DNA of 64,000 nt from Eledone cirrhosa. Its lineage: Eukaryota. Both the position numbers and the translations under genes were made by a program. Numbering within the stretch: position 1 is the first letter of the stretch; each line of letters opens with the position of its first letter. Below the pieces are notes generated by a model, which was not told where the DNA came from, made no database searches, and saw only the letters and a program-made list of their open reading frames with translations. The stretch covers positions 50,096,001-50,160,000 of the forward strand of contig OZ024743.1 in the NCBI GenBank assembly GCA_964016885.1, given 5' to 3'. Below are positions 43,879-56,892 of this stretch, in pieces.

Positions 43879-44290
43879 TTAGTGACATAATCTTTACGCT
43901 CGTAACCTTCATGGTAAAGGAAGATGTGGAGAAAGGAGGGTGTGGGGGTGGGGGAGAAGACGATATAGGAGACAGTTTAGACATGGAAGGGACTACACCC
44001 TACACAAAGTTGATGAATGGAGATATATTGTACGATAAAGGCCTCAGACAGACTTTAAGAATGCACATTAGTGTGTCTGCTCTTCTCATCCACACGTTGG
44101 CCCACACACATATACATACACACGCACGCACACACACACATACACGCACACACACACACACACATACACACACACAAATACACATACACACGCATATAGA
44201 AAGTTTCGTCATTGCTTCACCATTCCAAGGGTTTAGATGAAATTCGACGTCGATACACACACACACATATATATATATATATGTATACAT

Positions 44291-44324
<34 letters not shown>

Positions 44325-44356
44325 GTATACATACACACACACACACACACACACAT

Positions 44357-44437
<81 letters not shown>

Positions 44438-44468
44438 TATATAAATATATATATACATGTGTGTATAC

Positions 44469-44499
<31 letters not shown>

Positions 44500-44574
44500 C
44501 GTGTATGTATGTATATAGGTGTTTATATATAAAAAGCGAGAGAGATTGAGAGAGTGAGAGAAAGAGGGGGGAGC

Positions 44575-44706
44575 AAAGCCAGGAGAACAAAGCCAGAAAA
44601 CAAGGTCTTGTCCACTAAAGCCAGGAGAACAAAGCCAGGAAACAAGGCGTTGTCACTAAAGCCAGGAGAACAAAGCCAGGAAACAAGGCGCTGTCCACTA
44701 AAGCCA
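44575..44706. repeat. ~42-bp tandem repeat, 3 copies
   Basis: AAAGCCAGGAGAACAAAGCCAGGAAACAAGG...CACT. Confidence 0.85.
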
Positions 44707-44912
44707 ATATAATAGATAACGTGAATGTGTGACTTTACAATACGGTGCCATTTTTATTGCAGAGGGCGCCCTTGTTTCGTATTTCTAAAATCTATGTCTT
44801 ACATATCAGAATAGCTTTCAACTAAAGTTGATACAATATGGCGTAATGAGGATTATACTTAAAGTTATAGGTTTGATTAGATGGAGACTGGGAAATTAAG
44901 AGGGAAATACGG

Positions 44913-45269
44913 GTGCTGTACGGGTCTGAGACTTGGACACTGACCAAGAAACTCACTCAGATAGCGGATGGGTGCTACACGAGAATGGTGAGGATGGCTC
45001 TAAACATTAATCAGTATACACTGAAAGTGGCACAGAAGAGACTGAGGTTAGCTGGACATGCTCACCGACATCCAGAGTTGACACTGCAATCAGTGCTCCT
45101 GTGGGAGCCCCTGCATAGACACACTGGAAGAGGGAGACCGAGGTTGATATATGTTGATGCCCTAAGGACAGACACTGGTTTCTTGGAGATGCAGGGCATG
45201 GCAGCGATAATGAGGAACAGAGGCCGTTGGAGAGAACACGTGCATGGATCTCGGGAATTTTACCCGCCC

Positions 45270-45270
<1 letters not shown>
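44913..45270 (+). pseudogene. RTE-group LINE ORF C-terminal fragment
   Basis: LYGSETWTLTK...DGCYTRMVRMALNI...RLRLAGHAHRH...LWEP...RGRPRLIYVD. Confidence 0.8.
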
Positions 45271-45302
<32 letters not shown>

Positions 45303-45536
45303 ATGTGTGTGTGAGTGTGTGTGTGTGTGTATAAATATATATATATATATATACGAATTATAAGTCGCCATAGCCACACATATTTTCATCTCTAACTTTT
45401 GAATATCTTGAAGCTTGTGAAACCAGTAAAGTTATAAATTATTGTAAATAAACCTTCTTAAAAACTCCAATTGCATTTTCAGCTTCTTTTTCCTATATTT
45501 TATCCGAGTGGGATATATTATAAAAACTTATTTTCG

Positions 45537-45632
<96 letters not shown>

Positions 45633-45633
45633 A

Positions 45634-45840
45634 TAGGAAAAGAGTCAAGACCCCGATGCCAGAGCTCAAGCCGTTTCGACGGCTATTTCTGGACATTTCG
45701 AGTCCAGAAATAGCCGTCGAAACGGCTTGACCTCTGCCGTCGGGGTCTTGAGTCTTTTTTTTATTACCTACTCTACTACCCAAAGTATTGAGTGCTCTGG
45801 TGCGTTATGGTCCACCTGGTTCCTTACCACACTTCCTTCG

Positions 45841-45843
<3 letters not shown>
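45634..45843 (+). mobile_element. Family A fold-back element with tail, in (TA)n
   Basis: Palindrome about 45634-45764, loop ATTTCGA; tail to 45843. Confidence 0.85.
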
Positions 45844-45871
<28 letters not shown>

Positions 45872-45877
<6 letters not shown>

Positions 45878-46474
45878 TGTATGAATAGTATATCTGACGA
45901 TATACTGTATGTTTAATTTATAACATTTTGAAGACTTTGCGCTATTATTTTAAAGTAGTGACTATGTCACTTACTTTTTTTTTTCAACAAGGGAAGGGAG
46001 ATAAGCTGACACACCTGTTTCACACTGTTGGTGTTCCTCAGAGCTTAGCAATCGCCGACCTTTGTTGAACATTTTAGAGGCTGGATTCTTATATATACAT
46101 CGCATTTTAGAGACTGGGTTCTCATATATACATCGCTATTTCAGAGCACCAATCCTAATTTTCAATTTTTGCTGGACCGGCAATCGCTCTGTATAATCAG
46201 TTCCTGATTATTACTGGAATTCTATGAGAATCCAGCCTCTAAAATGTTCAACAAAGGTTGGCGAGTGCTAAGCTCTGATGAACACCAACAGTGTGAAACA
46301 GATCTGTCAGCTTCTCTCCCTTCCCTTGTTGAAAAAAGAAGTAAGTGACATAGTCACTACTTTAAAATAATAGCGCAATGTCTTCAAAATGTTATAAATT
46401 AAACATACACTATATTACCAAATATACTATACATACATTCATGTATACATCGCTATTTCAGAGCACCAATCCTA

Positions 46475-46478
<4 letters not shown>
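45872..46478 (+). mobile_element. Family G fold-back element (~215-bp arms) carrying a canonical HHR, in (TA)n
   Basis: 45872-46090 is the reverse complement of about 46227-46442; tail TACATCGCTATTTCAGAGCACCAATCCTAATTT is also copied inside the spacer. Confidence 0.85.
46270..46313 (+). ncRNA. Type I hammerhead ribozyme motif (GUC site)
   Basis: AAGCT-CTGATGA-ACAC-CAACA-GTGT-GAAA-CAGATCTG-TC-AGCTT; palindromic stem III; antisense copy at 46003-46046. Confidence 0.88.
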
Positions 46479-46546
<68 letters not shown>

Positions 46547-46757
46547 TAAAATAACAGATTAAAGTTTAAGCAAAGAATCGCTGCTTTCACCCTTAACGGG
46601 ATCTTCTGAAAGCCCTCTTTGGATTTTAGTCTTCAAATTTATTATTATTACTATATATATAGTTTTGATCTTTTAAAACGTAAAATTTCTCCCGACATTA
46701 ATCCGTTTCTTCCAGTCCACCGCTATTCAATATATAACAACAACAACAACAAACTCA

Positions 46758-46841
<84 letters not shown>

Positions 46842-47135
46842 GCACAAAGGCAGGAACATTAACAGAAGAAAATGAAATGTGTTTGTGAACAACAACAAAA
46901 GACACCTTCTGGCTTCCTTCCATATTGGAGATCGATAGAAGTGAGAGCCGAGTTTAAAATCGATATATGACATAAGTCGCTGTCCTCTCCAATTTTCCTG
47001 ATTATTTCTGTCATTCAACTGATTTGTGACGTCAACGTAGTGATTGTCCAATCGCAGTTGCAATGAAGAAATATAAAGAAATGGAGAAATTGAGATACTA
47101 AGATGTACTACAAGCCTCCATCATTACTGCATAAA

Positions 47136-47205
<70 letters not shown>

Positions 47206-47274
47206 GGAACAATTTTGAATAGCGCCAGTTCGTAATTTGAATTCGAGAATTTTATATTCTCCGAATGAAACGAT

Positions 47275-47356
47275 CCTTCTGACGAGAATCATTCTTTGCA
47301 ACGAAGGCCGTATGGACTCCGTTTATTTTTGAGATTCGAAACCGATTCGGTAAAGG
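47275..47356 (+). ncRNA. Type I hammerhead ribozyme motif
   Basis: CCTT-CTGACGA-GAATC...GATTC-GAAA-CCG-ATT-CGG-TA-AAGG, inside a ~225-bp insert flanked by (TA)n. Confidence 0.8.
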
Positions 47357-47424
47357 TAACTATAGTAAGTTAAGTTAATTTTTTAAAATTTATTTTGAAA
47401 CTTTTTCTTATTTGCTAAACCTTG

Positions 47425-47503
<79 letters not shown>

Positions 47504-47718
47504 GATAACAAAATATCGTTATAGGTAATCCAGTTAGAGGTTGTGAATACTTCTTATTATGGATAGTTTTAGCGTACGGTGTTGTTTGACTCAAGATGTT
47601 TACGTAGATGACGAGTTTATGATTTCACTTGTATTCCTATGTAAGTTAATCTTGGAGTAATAAAATTGAAAAAGTGAAGAATAACATGGTCAACAGTACA
47701 AAAAAAGAGATTTATTTA

Positions 47719-47828
47719 CAATCTAACAATTGTTTCTCTGATAAAGTTGTCTAAAAATTGCTGAACACTAGAAGCAGTGCCACTCAATTTCAAATACAAT
47801 GCTAGCTCGATCAGATCTTCAGAAACTG
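47719..47828 (-). ncRNA. Type I hammerhead ribozyme motif with long loop II
   Basis: Minus: CAGTTT-CTGAAGA-TCTGAT...ATCAGA-GAAA-CAATTG-TT-AGATTG, then AATAAA; TA-flanked insert. Confidence 0.75.
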
Positions 47829-47905
47829 TTATAAAAAATATATATAACCGGCAAATTTACCTTATACTCCACTTTTTCAATTATATATATGTCTATATAT
47901 ATATA

Positions 47906-48048
<143 letters not shown>

Positions 48049-48064
48049 GTGTGTGTGTGTGTGT

Positions 48065-48204
48065 AGTTCAAATAGACAAAAAAAACAGAGGTACAAAAAG
48101 TCTTATTAGTTTCACGCTTTATGGAAAAGGGTAAAGAAAGTTTGCGTGTCGGGCTTTAGCCCTTCTTCAAGAGTACAAAGGAGAAGGAGAAACAGAAATA
48201 AAGG

Positions 48205-48205
<1 letters not shown>
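48065..48205 (-). mobile_element. Family D pLTR-like fragment with degenerate HHR
   Basis: Minus: CTTGAAGAA-GGGC-TAAA-GCCC-GACA-CG; tail related to 50395-50565 and 56665-56825. Confidence 0.5.
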
Positions 48206-48269
<64 letters not shown>

Positions 48270-48272
<3 letters not shown>

Positions 48273-48498
48273 CGAAGGAATTGTGGTAAGGAACCAGATG
48301 GTTCAAAGTACTCAATACTTAGGGTAGTAGAGTGGGTAATAGGAACAAGTATGACCCCGACGGCAGAGCTCAAGCCATTTCGACGGCTATTTCTGGACTA
48401 AATAAGAATTTTTAGCCTGGTAAATAAATAGCCGAACTTCTCAGAAATAGCCGTCGAAACGGCTTGAGCTCTGCCGTCGGGGTCATACTTGTTCCTAT
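48270..48498 (-). mobile_element. Family A fold-back element with a longer spacer
   Basis: Tail plus arms separated by an ~45-nt spacer; TA flanks. Confidence 0.85.
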
Positions 48499-48596
48499 AT
48501 ATATATATATATACTTTTATAACTTTGATAGGTTTCGGCCAGTATTGGCCCAGGCTATGTCTAACTTAATAGCACCACATGGCGAAGTCTTTCAAA

Positions 48597-49260
48597 TCAG
48601 GATGTGGGCACCATGGCCCACTCAAGAAGGGGGTTATTGTTTACGGAGACATATGCGGGTGTAGGAGGCTTAGTCGGAATTTCTTGAAGGAATTTGTCCA
48701 AAGACTTCTTGAACTTGATGGGGTCTGTTTCTGTTTTAATGTGTTTTGGTGTAATGTTAAAGAGAACGGGGTCAATTGAGGTGAAATAATTGTGCCATAT
48801 TGTTATGAGATGCGAGTAAGATTTTTGTCGTGGGCGGATAGCACGAGGCCTTGGGTGCACATTAAGGGTGATGCCAACATCATTTTGGCAAAGCTGATGG
48901 AATATTTTCCACATCATGCAGATAATGTAGCGCTCACGGCGACGTTGGAGAGAATAAAGGTTGAGTTTTTCTAATCGACTCCAATAGTCAAGGCCTGTCA
49001 TGCCATCTATTTCTTTTGTAATTGATCTTTGGGGTACTTCAACTTTCATGATACTTTGTTTCGTGTGGGGAGACCACAGTGGACAACAGTATTCAAGGTG
49101 GGATCGGGCAAAAGTGGAGAAGAGAAGGATAACAATGTGGATATCTCTCGACTGGAAGGTTCTGAGAATCCAGGGACACATTCTGCGGGCCATGTCAACT
49201 TTGCTGTTTATATGAGTGGCCCAGCTTATGTTTTTGTCCACAATTACACCCAGGTATGAT
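48597..49260 (-). pseudogene. CR1-like LINE ORF2 C-terminal fragment
   Basis: YLGVIVDKNISWATHI...RSHLEYCCPLWSP...QRSITK...DYWSRLEKLNLYSLQRRRER. Confidence 0.85.
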
Positions 49261-49336
49261 GTTGTCGGATGCCAATAGAGTTTCACTCGAAGGAAGAGAG
49301 CATGGTAGTTTCAGGGCATCCTTTTTTCCAAAGTGG

Positions 49337-49404
<68 letters not shown>

Positions 49405-49408
<4 letters not shown>

Positions 49409-49601
49409 AAAGTATGACCCCGACGCCGACGGCAGAGATCAAGCCGTTTCGACGGCTATTTCTGGACGCAGAAATAGCCGACGAAACGAGTTGAGCTCTG
49501 CCGTCGGGTTCATACTTTTTCCTATTCCCACTCTACTACCATAAGTATTGAGTACTCTCGTGCGTTATGGTCCATCTGGTTCCTTACCACAATTCCTTTG
49601 T

Positions 49602-49602
<1 letters not shown>
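49405..49602 (+). mobile_element. Family A fold-back element with tail, in (TA)n
   Basis: Palindrome 49405-49524, tail to 49602. Confidence 0.85.
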
Positions 49603-49691
<89 letters not shown>

Positions 49692-50222
49692 TATTTTGCG
49701 GTATACACAGGCAGAAATAAACAGAAATACTTCACATCTGGTGTCAACGTTATTTATTTCGAACTGAAAGCGTTTTAAAAACAAATGAAAGGTTACTCCT
49801 CAAACACGACAATATGGCGACTAGTGAACGCAGTTTTTTTTATCTATAATTATATATCTTTGACAGACATATACATACATACACACATGTACGCACGTAT
49901 ACATACATAATGCATATAAATATATACATGTAAACATACACACACATACATACACACTCACACAACATACATACATAATACATACATACATACATACATA
50001 CATACATACATACATACATAGATAATACATACATATATACATAATACATACATACATGCATACATAATACATACATACATACATGCATATATACATACAT
50101 GCATACATAGATATATACACAGTCATACAACATACATACATATATAGGTAAACAACAAATGGAACTAGACACATTTGCAACTGAATAATTAGGATTCTCT
50201 CTCTTTCTTCCCCCTCCTCGCG

Positions 50223-50320
<98 letters not shown>

Positions 50321-50336
50321 ATATACATATATACAT

Positions 50337-50394
<58 letters not shown>

Positions 50395-50475
50395 AAAAAT
50401 TGAACGGGAACAAAACAGAGAGGCAGTACGAACAAAGGTTTATTAGTTTCACACTCTTGAGAGTGGGTGGTGGTG

Positions 50476-50512
50476 GGGAACGACGTTTCGGGCATAAGCT
50501 CTTCTTCAGGTG
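50476..50512 (-). ncRNA. Minimal hammerhead-like motif (family D)
   Basis: Minus: AC-CTGAAGA-AGAGC-TTAT-GCCC-GAAA-CG-TC-GT; weak stems; in a TA-flanked insert at 50391-50566. Confidence 0.55.
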
Positions 50513-50669
50513 AAAAGTGTGAGGGAAGAGAGTTCCAAGGGTGAGTAGGGGAGTGGTGGAGAGACATATATATATATAATCCAGTTAACTGAATTTTGCT
50601 TTTGTAGTCACGTTTTCCATCAAATTGGTGTTATATTTATTTTAGTTCAATTTCTCAGTTGAAGAAAAG

Positions 50670-51595
50670 AGTGATATAGTCTATATAACAACTAATGATA
50701 TACTCTATATAACAACTAATGATATACTCTATATAACAACCAGTGATATACTCTATATAACAACCAGTGATATACTCTATATAACAACCAGTGATATACT
50801 CTATATAACAACTAATGATATACTCTATATAACAACTAATGATATACTCTATATAACAACCAGTGATATACTCTATATAACAACTAATGATATACTCTAT
50901 ATAACAACCAGTGATATACTCTTTATAACAACCAGTGATATACTCTATATAACAACCAGTGATATACTCTATATAACAACCAGTGATATACTCTATATAA
51001 CAACCAGTGATATACTCTATATAACAACTAATGATATACTCTATATAACAACTAATGATATACTCTATATAACAACCAGTGATATACTCTTTATAACAAC
51101 CAGTGATATACTCTATATAACAACCAGTGATATACTCTTTATAACAACCAGTGATATACTCTATATAACAACCAGTGATATACTCTATATAACAACCAGT
51201 GATATACTCTATATAACAACTAATGATATACTCTATATAACAACTAATGATATACTCTATATAACAACCAGTGATATACTCTATATAACAACCAGTGATA
51301 TACTCTTTATAACAACCAGTGATATACTCTATATAACAACCAGTGATATACTCTATATAACAACCAGTGATATACTCCATATAACAACCAGTGATATACT
51401 CTATATAACAACCAGTGATATACTCTATATAACAACCAGTGATATACTCCATATAACAACCAGTGATATACTCTATATAACAACCAGTGATATACTCTAT
51501 ATAACAACCAGTGATATACTCTATATAACAACCAGTGATATACTCTATATAACAACCAGTGATATACTCTATATAACAACCAGTGATATACTCTG
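50670..51595. repeat. 24-bp tandem minisatellite, about 38 copies
   Basis: CCAGTGATATACTCTATATAACAA with CTAATG and CTTT variants. Confidence 0.97.
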
Positions 51596-51727
51596 TACAT
51601 CTACAACTAAATTTCATGCAACTCTATACATCTCTGGGGTTTTTCGCGGGCAATACGTTGTTCTCTTTTATTCTTTCTCACTGCTTTTGTCTACATTTCC
51701 TCTGTATAAGCAAACACACACACACAC

Positions 51728-51780
<53 letters not shown>

Positions 51781-51889
51781 GATAAATCTACCAAGAGTTT
51801 ACGGTAGTGTCCAATCTGTATATATATATATATATATATACATACATTGAAAATATTACATATTTGTATACTATGAACGTGCGTGTCTC

Positions 51890-51983
<94 letters not shown>

Positions 51984-52131
51984 TATATTAAACTGAGAAT
52001 GAGATGCCATCCGATTATTATTATTGTTATTATTGTTATTTCTAGGATGTTGTTTATGTTCTTGTTGTTGTCTTCCTATCGGTTTCTTTCGTTTTGGTTT
52101 CTGCTGTCTTTGTTGATCAAAGATGGATGCT

Positions 52132-55100
52132 TGTGTGACAGCTCACATCTATGTGTGTGTGTGTGAGACAGCTCACACCTATGTGTGTGTGTATGTATGT
52201 GTGTGACAGCTCACACCTATGTGTGTGTGTGTGTGAGACAGCTTACACCTATGTGTGTGTGTGTGTGACAGCTCACACCTATGTGTGTGTGTGTGTGAGA
52301 CAGCTTACACCTATGTGTGTGTGTGTGTGTGACAGCTCACACTTATGTGTGTGTGTATGTATGTGTGTGACAGCTCACACCTATGTGTGTGTGTGTGAGT
52401 GTGACAGCTCACACCTATGTGTGTGTGTGTGTGAGACAGCTTACACCTATGTGTGTGTGTGTGAGTGTGACAGCTCACACCTATGTGTGTGTGTGTGTGA
52501 GACAGCTTACACCTATGTGTGTGTGTGTGTGAGACAGCTTACACCTATGTGTGTGTGTGTATGTAACAGCTTACACCTATGTGTGTGTGTGTGAGTGTGA
52601 CAGCTCACACCTATGTGTGTGTGTGTGTGAGACAGCTTACACCTATGTGTGTGTGTGTGTGAGACAGCTTACACCTATGTGTGTGTGTGTGTGAGACAGC
52701 TCACACCTATGTGTGTGTGTGTATGTGTGTGACAGCTCACACCTATGTGTGTGTGTATGTGTGAGACAGCTCACACCTATGTGTGTGTGTGAGACAGCTC
52801 ACACCTATGTGTGTGTGTGTGTGTGACAACTCACACCTATGTGTGTGTGTGTGAGACAGCTTACACCTATGTGTGTGTGTATGTGTGACAGCTCACACCT
52901 ATGTGTGTGTGTATGTGTGTGACAGCTCACACCTATGTGTGTGTGTATGTGAGACAGCTTACACCTATGTGTGTGTGTATGTGTGTGACAACTCACACCT
53001 ATGTGTGTGTGTGAGACAGCTTACACCTATGTGTGTGTGTATGTGTGACAGCTCACACCTATGTGTGTGTGTATGTGTGAGACAGCTCACACCTATGTGT
53101 GTGTGTGTGAGACAGCTTACACCTATGTGTGTGTGTATGTGTGACAGCTCACACCTATGTGTGTGTGTATGTGTGAGACAGCTCACACCTATGTGTGTGT
53201 GTGTGAGACAGCTTACACCTATGTGTGTGTGTATGTGTGACAGCTCACACCTATGTGTGTGTGTATGTGTGTGACAGCTCACACCTATGTGTGTGTGTAT
53301 GTGTGAGACAGCTCACACCTATGTGTGTGTGTGTGAGTGACAGCTCACACCTATGTGTGTGTGTATGTGTGAGACAGCTCACACCTATGTGTGTGTATGT
53401 GTGTGACAGCTCAAACCTATGTGTGTGTGTGACAGCTCACACATATGTGTGTGTGTATGTGAGACAGCTTACATCTATGTGTGTGTGTGTGTGTGTGACA
53501 GCTCACACCTATGTGTGTGTGTATGTGAGACAGCTTACACCTATGTGTGTGTGTGTGACAGCTCACACCTATGTGTGTGTGTGTGACAGCTTACACCTAT
53601 GTGTGTGTGTATGTGAGACAGCTCACACCTATGTGTGTGTGTGTGTGAGACAGCTTACACCTATGTGTGTGTGTGACAGCTCACACCTATGTGTGTGTGT
53701 ATGTGAGACAGCTTACATCTATGTGTGTGTGTGTGTGTGACAGCTCACACCTATGTGTGTGTGTATGTGAGACAGCTTACACCTATGTGTGTGTGTATGT
53801 GAGACAGCTTACACCTATGTGTGTGTGTGACAGCTCACACCTATGTGTGTGTGTATGTGAGACAGCTTACATCTATGTGTGTGTGTATGTGAGACAGCTT
53901 ACATCTATGTGTGTGTGTATGTGAGACAGCTTACATCTATGTGTGTGTGTATGTGAGACAGCTCACACCTATGTGTGTGTGTATGTGAGACAGCTCACAC
54001 CTATGTGTGTGTGTGTGAGACAGCTTACACCTATGTGTGTGTGTATGTGAGACAGCTCACACCTATGTGTGTGTGTGTGTGAGACAGCTTACATCTATGT
54101 GTGTGTGTATATGAGACAGCTCACACCTATGTGTGTGTGTATGTGAGACAGCTTACACCTATGTGTGTGTGTGTGAGAGACAGCTTACACCTATGTGTGT
54201 GTGTGTGTGTGTGACAGCTCACACATATGTGTGTGTGTATGTGAGACAGCTCACACCTATGTGTGTGTGTATGTGAGACAGCTTACACCTATGTGTGTGT
54301 GTGTATGTGACAGCTCACACCTATGTGTGTGTGTGTGTGTGAGACAGCTCACACCTATGTGTGTGTGTGTGTAAGACAGCTTACACCTATGTGTGTGTGT
54401 ATGTGTGAGACAGCTCACACCTATGTGTGTGTGTATGTGAGACAGCTCACACCTATGTGTGTGTGTGTGTGTGAGACAGCTTACACCTATGTGTGTGTGT
54501 GTGTGAGACAGCTCACACCTATGTGTGTGTGTGTGTGAGACAGCTTACACCTATGTGTGTGTGTATGTGAGACAGCTCACACCTATGTGTGTGTGTGTGT
54601 GAGACAGCTCACACCTATGTGTGTGTGTGTGTGTGTGACAGCTCACACCTATGTGTGTGTGTGAGTGTGTGACAGCTCACACCTATGTGTGTGTGTATGT
54701 GTGAGACAGCTCACACCTATGTGTGTGTGTGAGACAGCTCACACCTATGTGTGTGTGTGTGAGTGTGACAGCTTACACCTATGTGTGTGTGTGTGTGTGA
54801 GACAGCTCACACCTATGTGTGTGTATGTGTGTGACAACTCACACCTATGTGTGTGTGTGTGAGTGACAACTCACACCTATGTGTGTGTGTATGTGTGTGA
54901 CAGCTCACACCTATGTGTGTGTGTGTGTGAGACAGCTTACACCTATGTGTGTGTGTGTGTGACAGCTTACACCTATGTGTGTGTGCGTGTGACAATTCAC
55001 TCCTATGTGTGTGTGTGTGTGTGTGTGACAGCTCACACATATGTGTGTATGTATGTGTGTGACAGCTCAAACCTATGCGTGTGTGTATGTGTGTGACAGC

Positions 55101-55365
55101 TCACACCTATGTGTGTGTGTGTGTGTGTGTGTGACAGCTCACACCTATGTGTGTGTGTGTGTGACAGCTCACACCTATGTGTGTGTGTGTGTGTGTGTGT
55201 GTGACAGCTCACACCTATGTGTGTGTGTGTGACAGCTCACACCTATGTGTGTGTGTGTGACAGCTCACACCTATGTGTGTGTGTGTGTGTGTGTGTGTGA
55301 CAGCTCACACCTATGTGTGTGTGTGTGTGTGTGTGACAGCTCACACCTATGTGTGTGTGTGTGTG
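52132..55365. repeat. GACAGCT(C/T)ACACCTAT-(GT)n compound minisatellite, roughly 100 units
   Basis: Fixed 16-nt core separated by variable GT tracts. Confidence 0.97.
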
Positions 55366-55439
55366 GCCTCCCCCAAGGTATATCTTGTTGGAGGTGTATT
55401 GGATAATTTAATGATAGGGACCCCAGTCCTATCATCTCA

Positions 55440-55568
55440 TTTCTACAGCTGAGTAAACTGGAGCAACGTGAAATAAAGTGTCTTGCTCAAGGAAACAATA
55501 CATCACGCGGTCCGAGAATTAAACTCACAACCTTTCGATTGCAAGTCCAATGCTCTAACCACTAAGCC
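55440..55568 (-). mobile_element. Older tRNA-derived SINE head/core (second family)
   Basis: Minus: GGCTTAGTGGTTAGAGC...GAGTTTAATTC...CCTTGAGCAAGACACTT; related fragments near 15650-15790, 20230-20340, 22420-22680 and 41890-42110. Confidence 0.6.
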
Positions 55569-55768
55569 CTGCTTATCAAAGTTTAATTAATCTGACATCT
55601 TGCTATAGTATTGCCACCCCAACTTTGTAGTTGCAAGTATCAGCTGAACCGATCAATAATTCCCAGCTCAATGGTGTATGAACTGAACTAGAATTCCCTC
55701 CTCAGTAGTGTAGTTGCTAGAATTAAGTGAACCCCGGCAATAATTCCAGTCTCAAAATTGTAGTTGCC

Positions 55769-55816
<48 letters not shown>

Positions 55817-55949
55817 TGTTGTAGTAGTAGTAGTAGTAGTAGCAGCAGCAGCAGTAGTAGCAGCAGCAGGAGTAGTAGTAGTAGTAGTACTAGTATAGGT
55901 AGTAGTAGTAGCTGTAGTAGTAGTAGTATTAGTAGTAGTAGTAGTTGCT

Positions 55950-56013
<64 letters not shown>

Positions 56014-56064
56014 CAGTAGTAGTAATAGCAGCAGCAGCACCAGTAGTAGTAGTAGTAGTAGTTC

Positions 56065-56109
<45 letters not shown>

Positions 56110-56215
56110 CAGCAGCAGCAGTAGTAGTAATAGCAGCAGCAGCAGCACCAGTAGTAGTAATAGTAGTAGTACTAGTAGTAGTACTAGTAGTAGTAGTAGT
56201 AGTAGTAGTTGTAGT
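55769..56215. repeat. (TAG/CAG)n trinucleotide repeat
   Basis: Direct reading. Confidence 0.95.
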
Positions 56216-56630
56216 GTCTTATCTCCAGTTGTAACAGTTCATCATTTTTTCATTTCACCCATACTTTTTCTGACATTGTGTCTGTGATTAATGTCTCCAT
56301 TGTTGTGGTAACTCTCCATACTTTCAAAGGGTTACCCTTCTGATATGCGCTGTGTCTTGGGCACTTGAAACATGGCAAAACCCTGCCCCTTCCAGGTCTG
56401 AACCCAGAAGTTCTTCCAGAGAAGGTCCAAGGGCGAAAGATTAGGAAATACGAAAGAATCGGCCCCAGAATTGGACTGGAAATTTTTTATCGACCTTGAA
56501 AGAATAAAAGTAAAATTAGACATCGGCGGATTCTAACTGGGAGAAGTGGAGATGGATAGCGTTCTAGCCGACTTTCTCAACATCTAACCACACACACACA
56601 TATAAATATGTGTGTGTGTGTGTGGTTATA

Positions 56631-56661
<31 letters not shown>

Positions 56662-56822
56662 TTTAAGTTGAGACAGTAAACAGAAAACAAAAAAAACGTG
56701 GAAGTGAAGAGGCAGTACAAATGTTATTATTAGTTTTCACGCTTGAGAGTGGGGGGTGGGGACGACGTTTCGGGAGAAAAGTGGGCAGGAAGAGAGTTTC
56801 GAGGGTGTGTGGGGGAGTCGTG

Positions 56823-56888
<66 letters not shown>

Positions 56889-56892
<4 letters not shown>

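Noticed and set aside
50655-51617. 320-aa ORF of EYITGCYI repeats (also the 299-aa ORF at 10831-11730)
   Set aside because: Open only because the 24-bp and 75-bp units are multiples of 3 without a stop in that frame; no unique coding flanks
52132-55365. CRISPR-like repeat/spacer pattern
   Set aside because: The spacers are only (GT)n, not unique sequences; eukaryotic context with no cas genes
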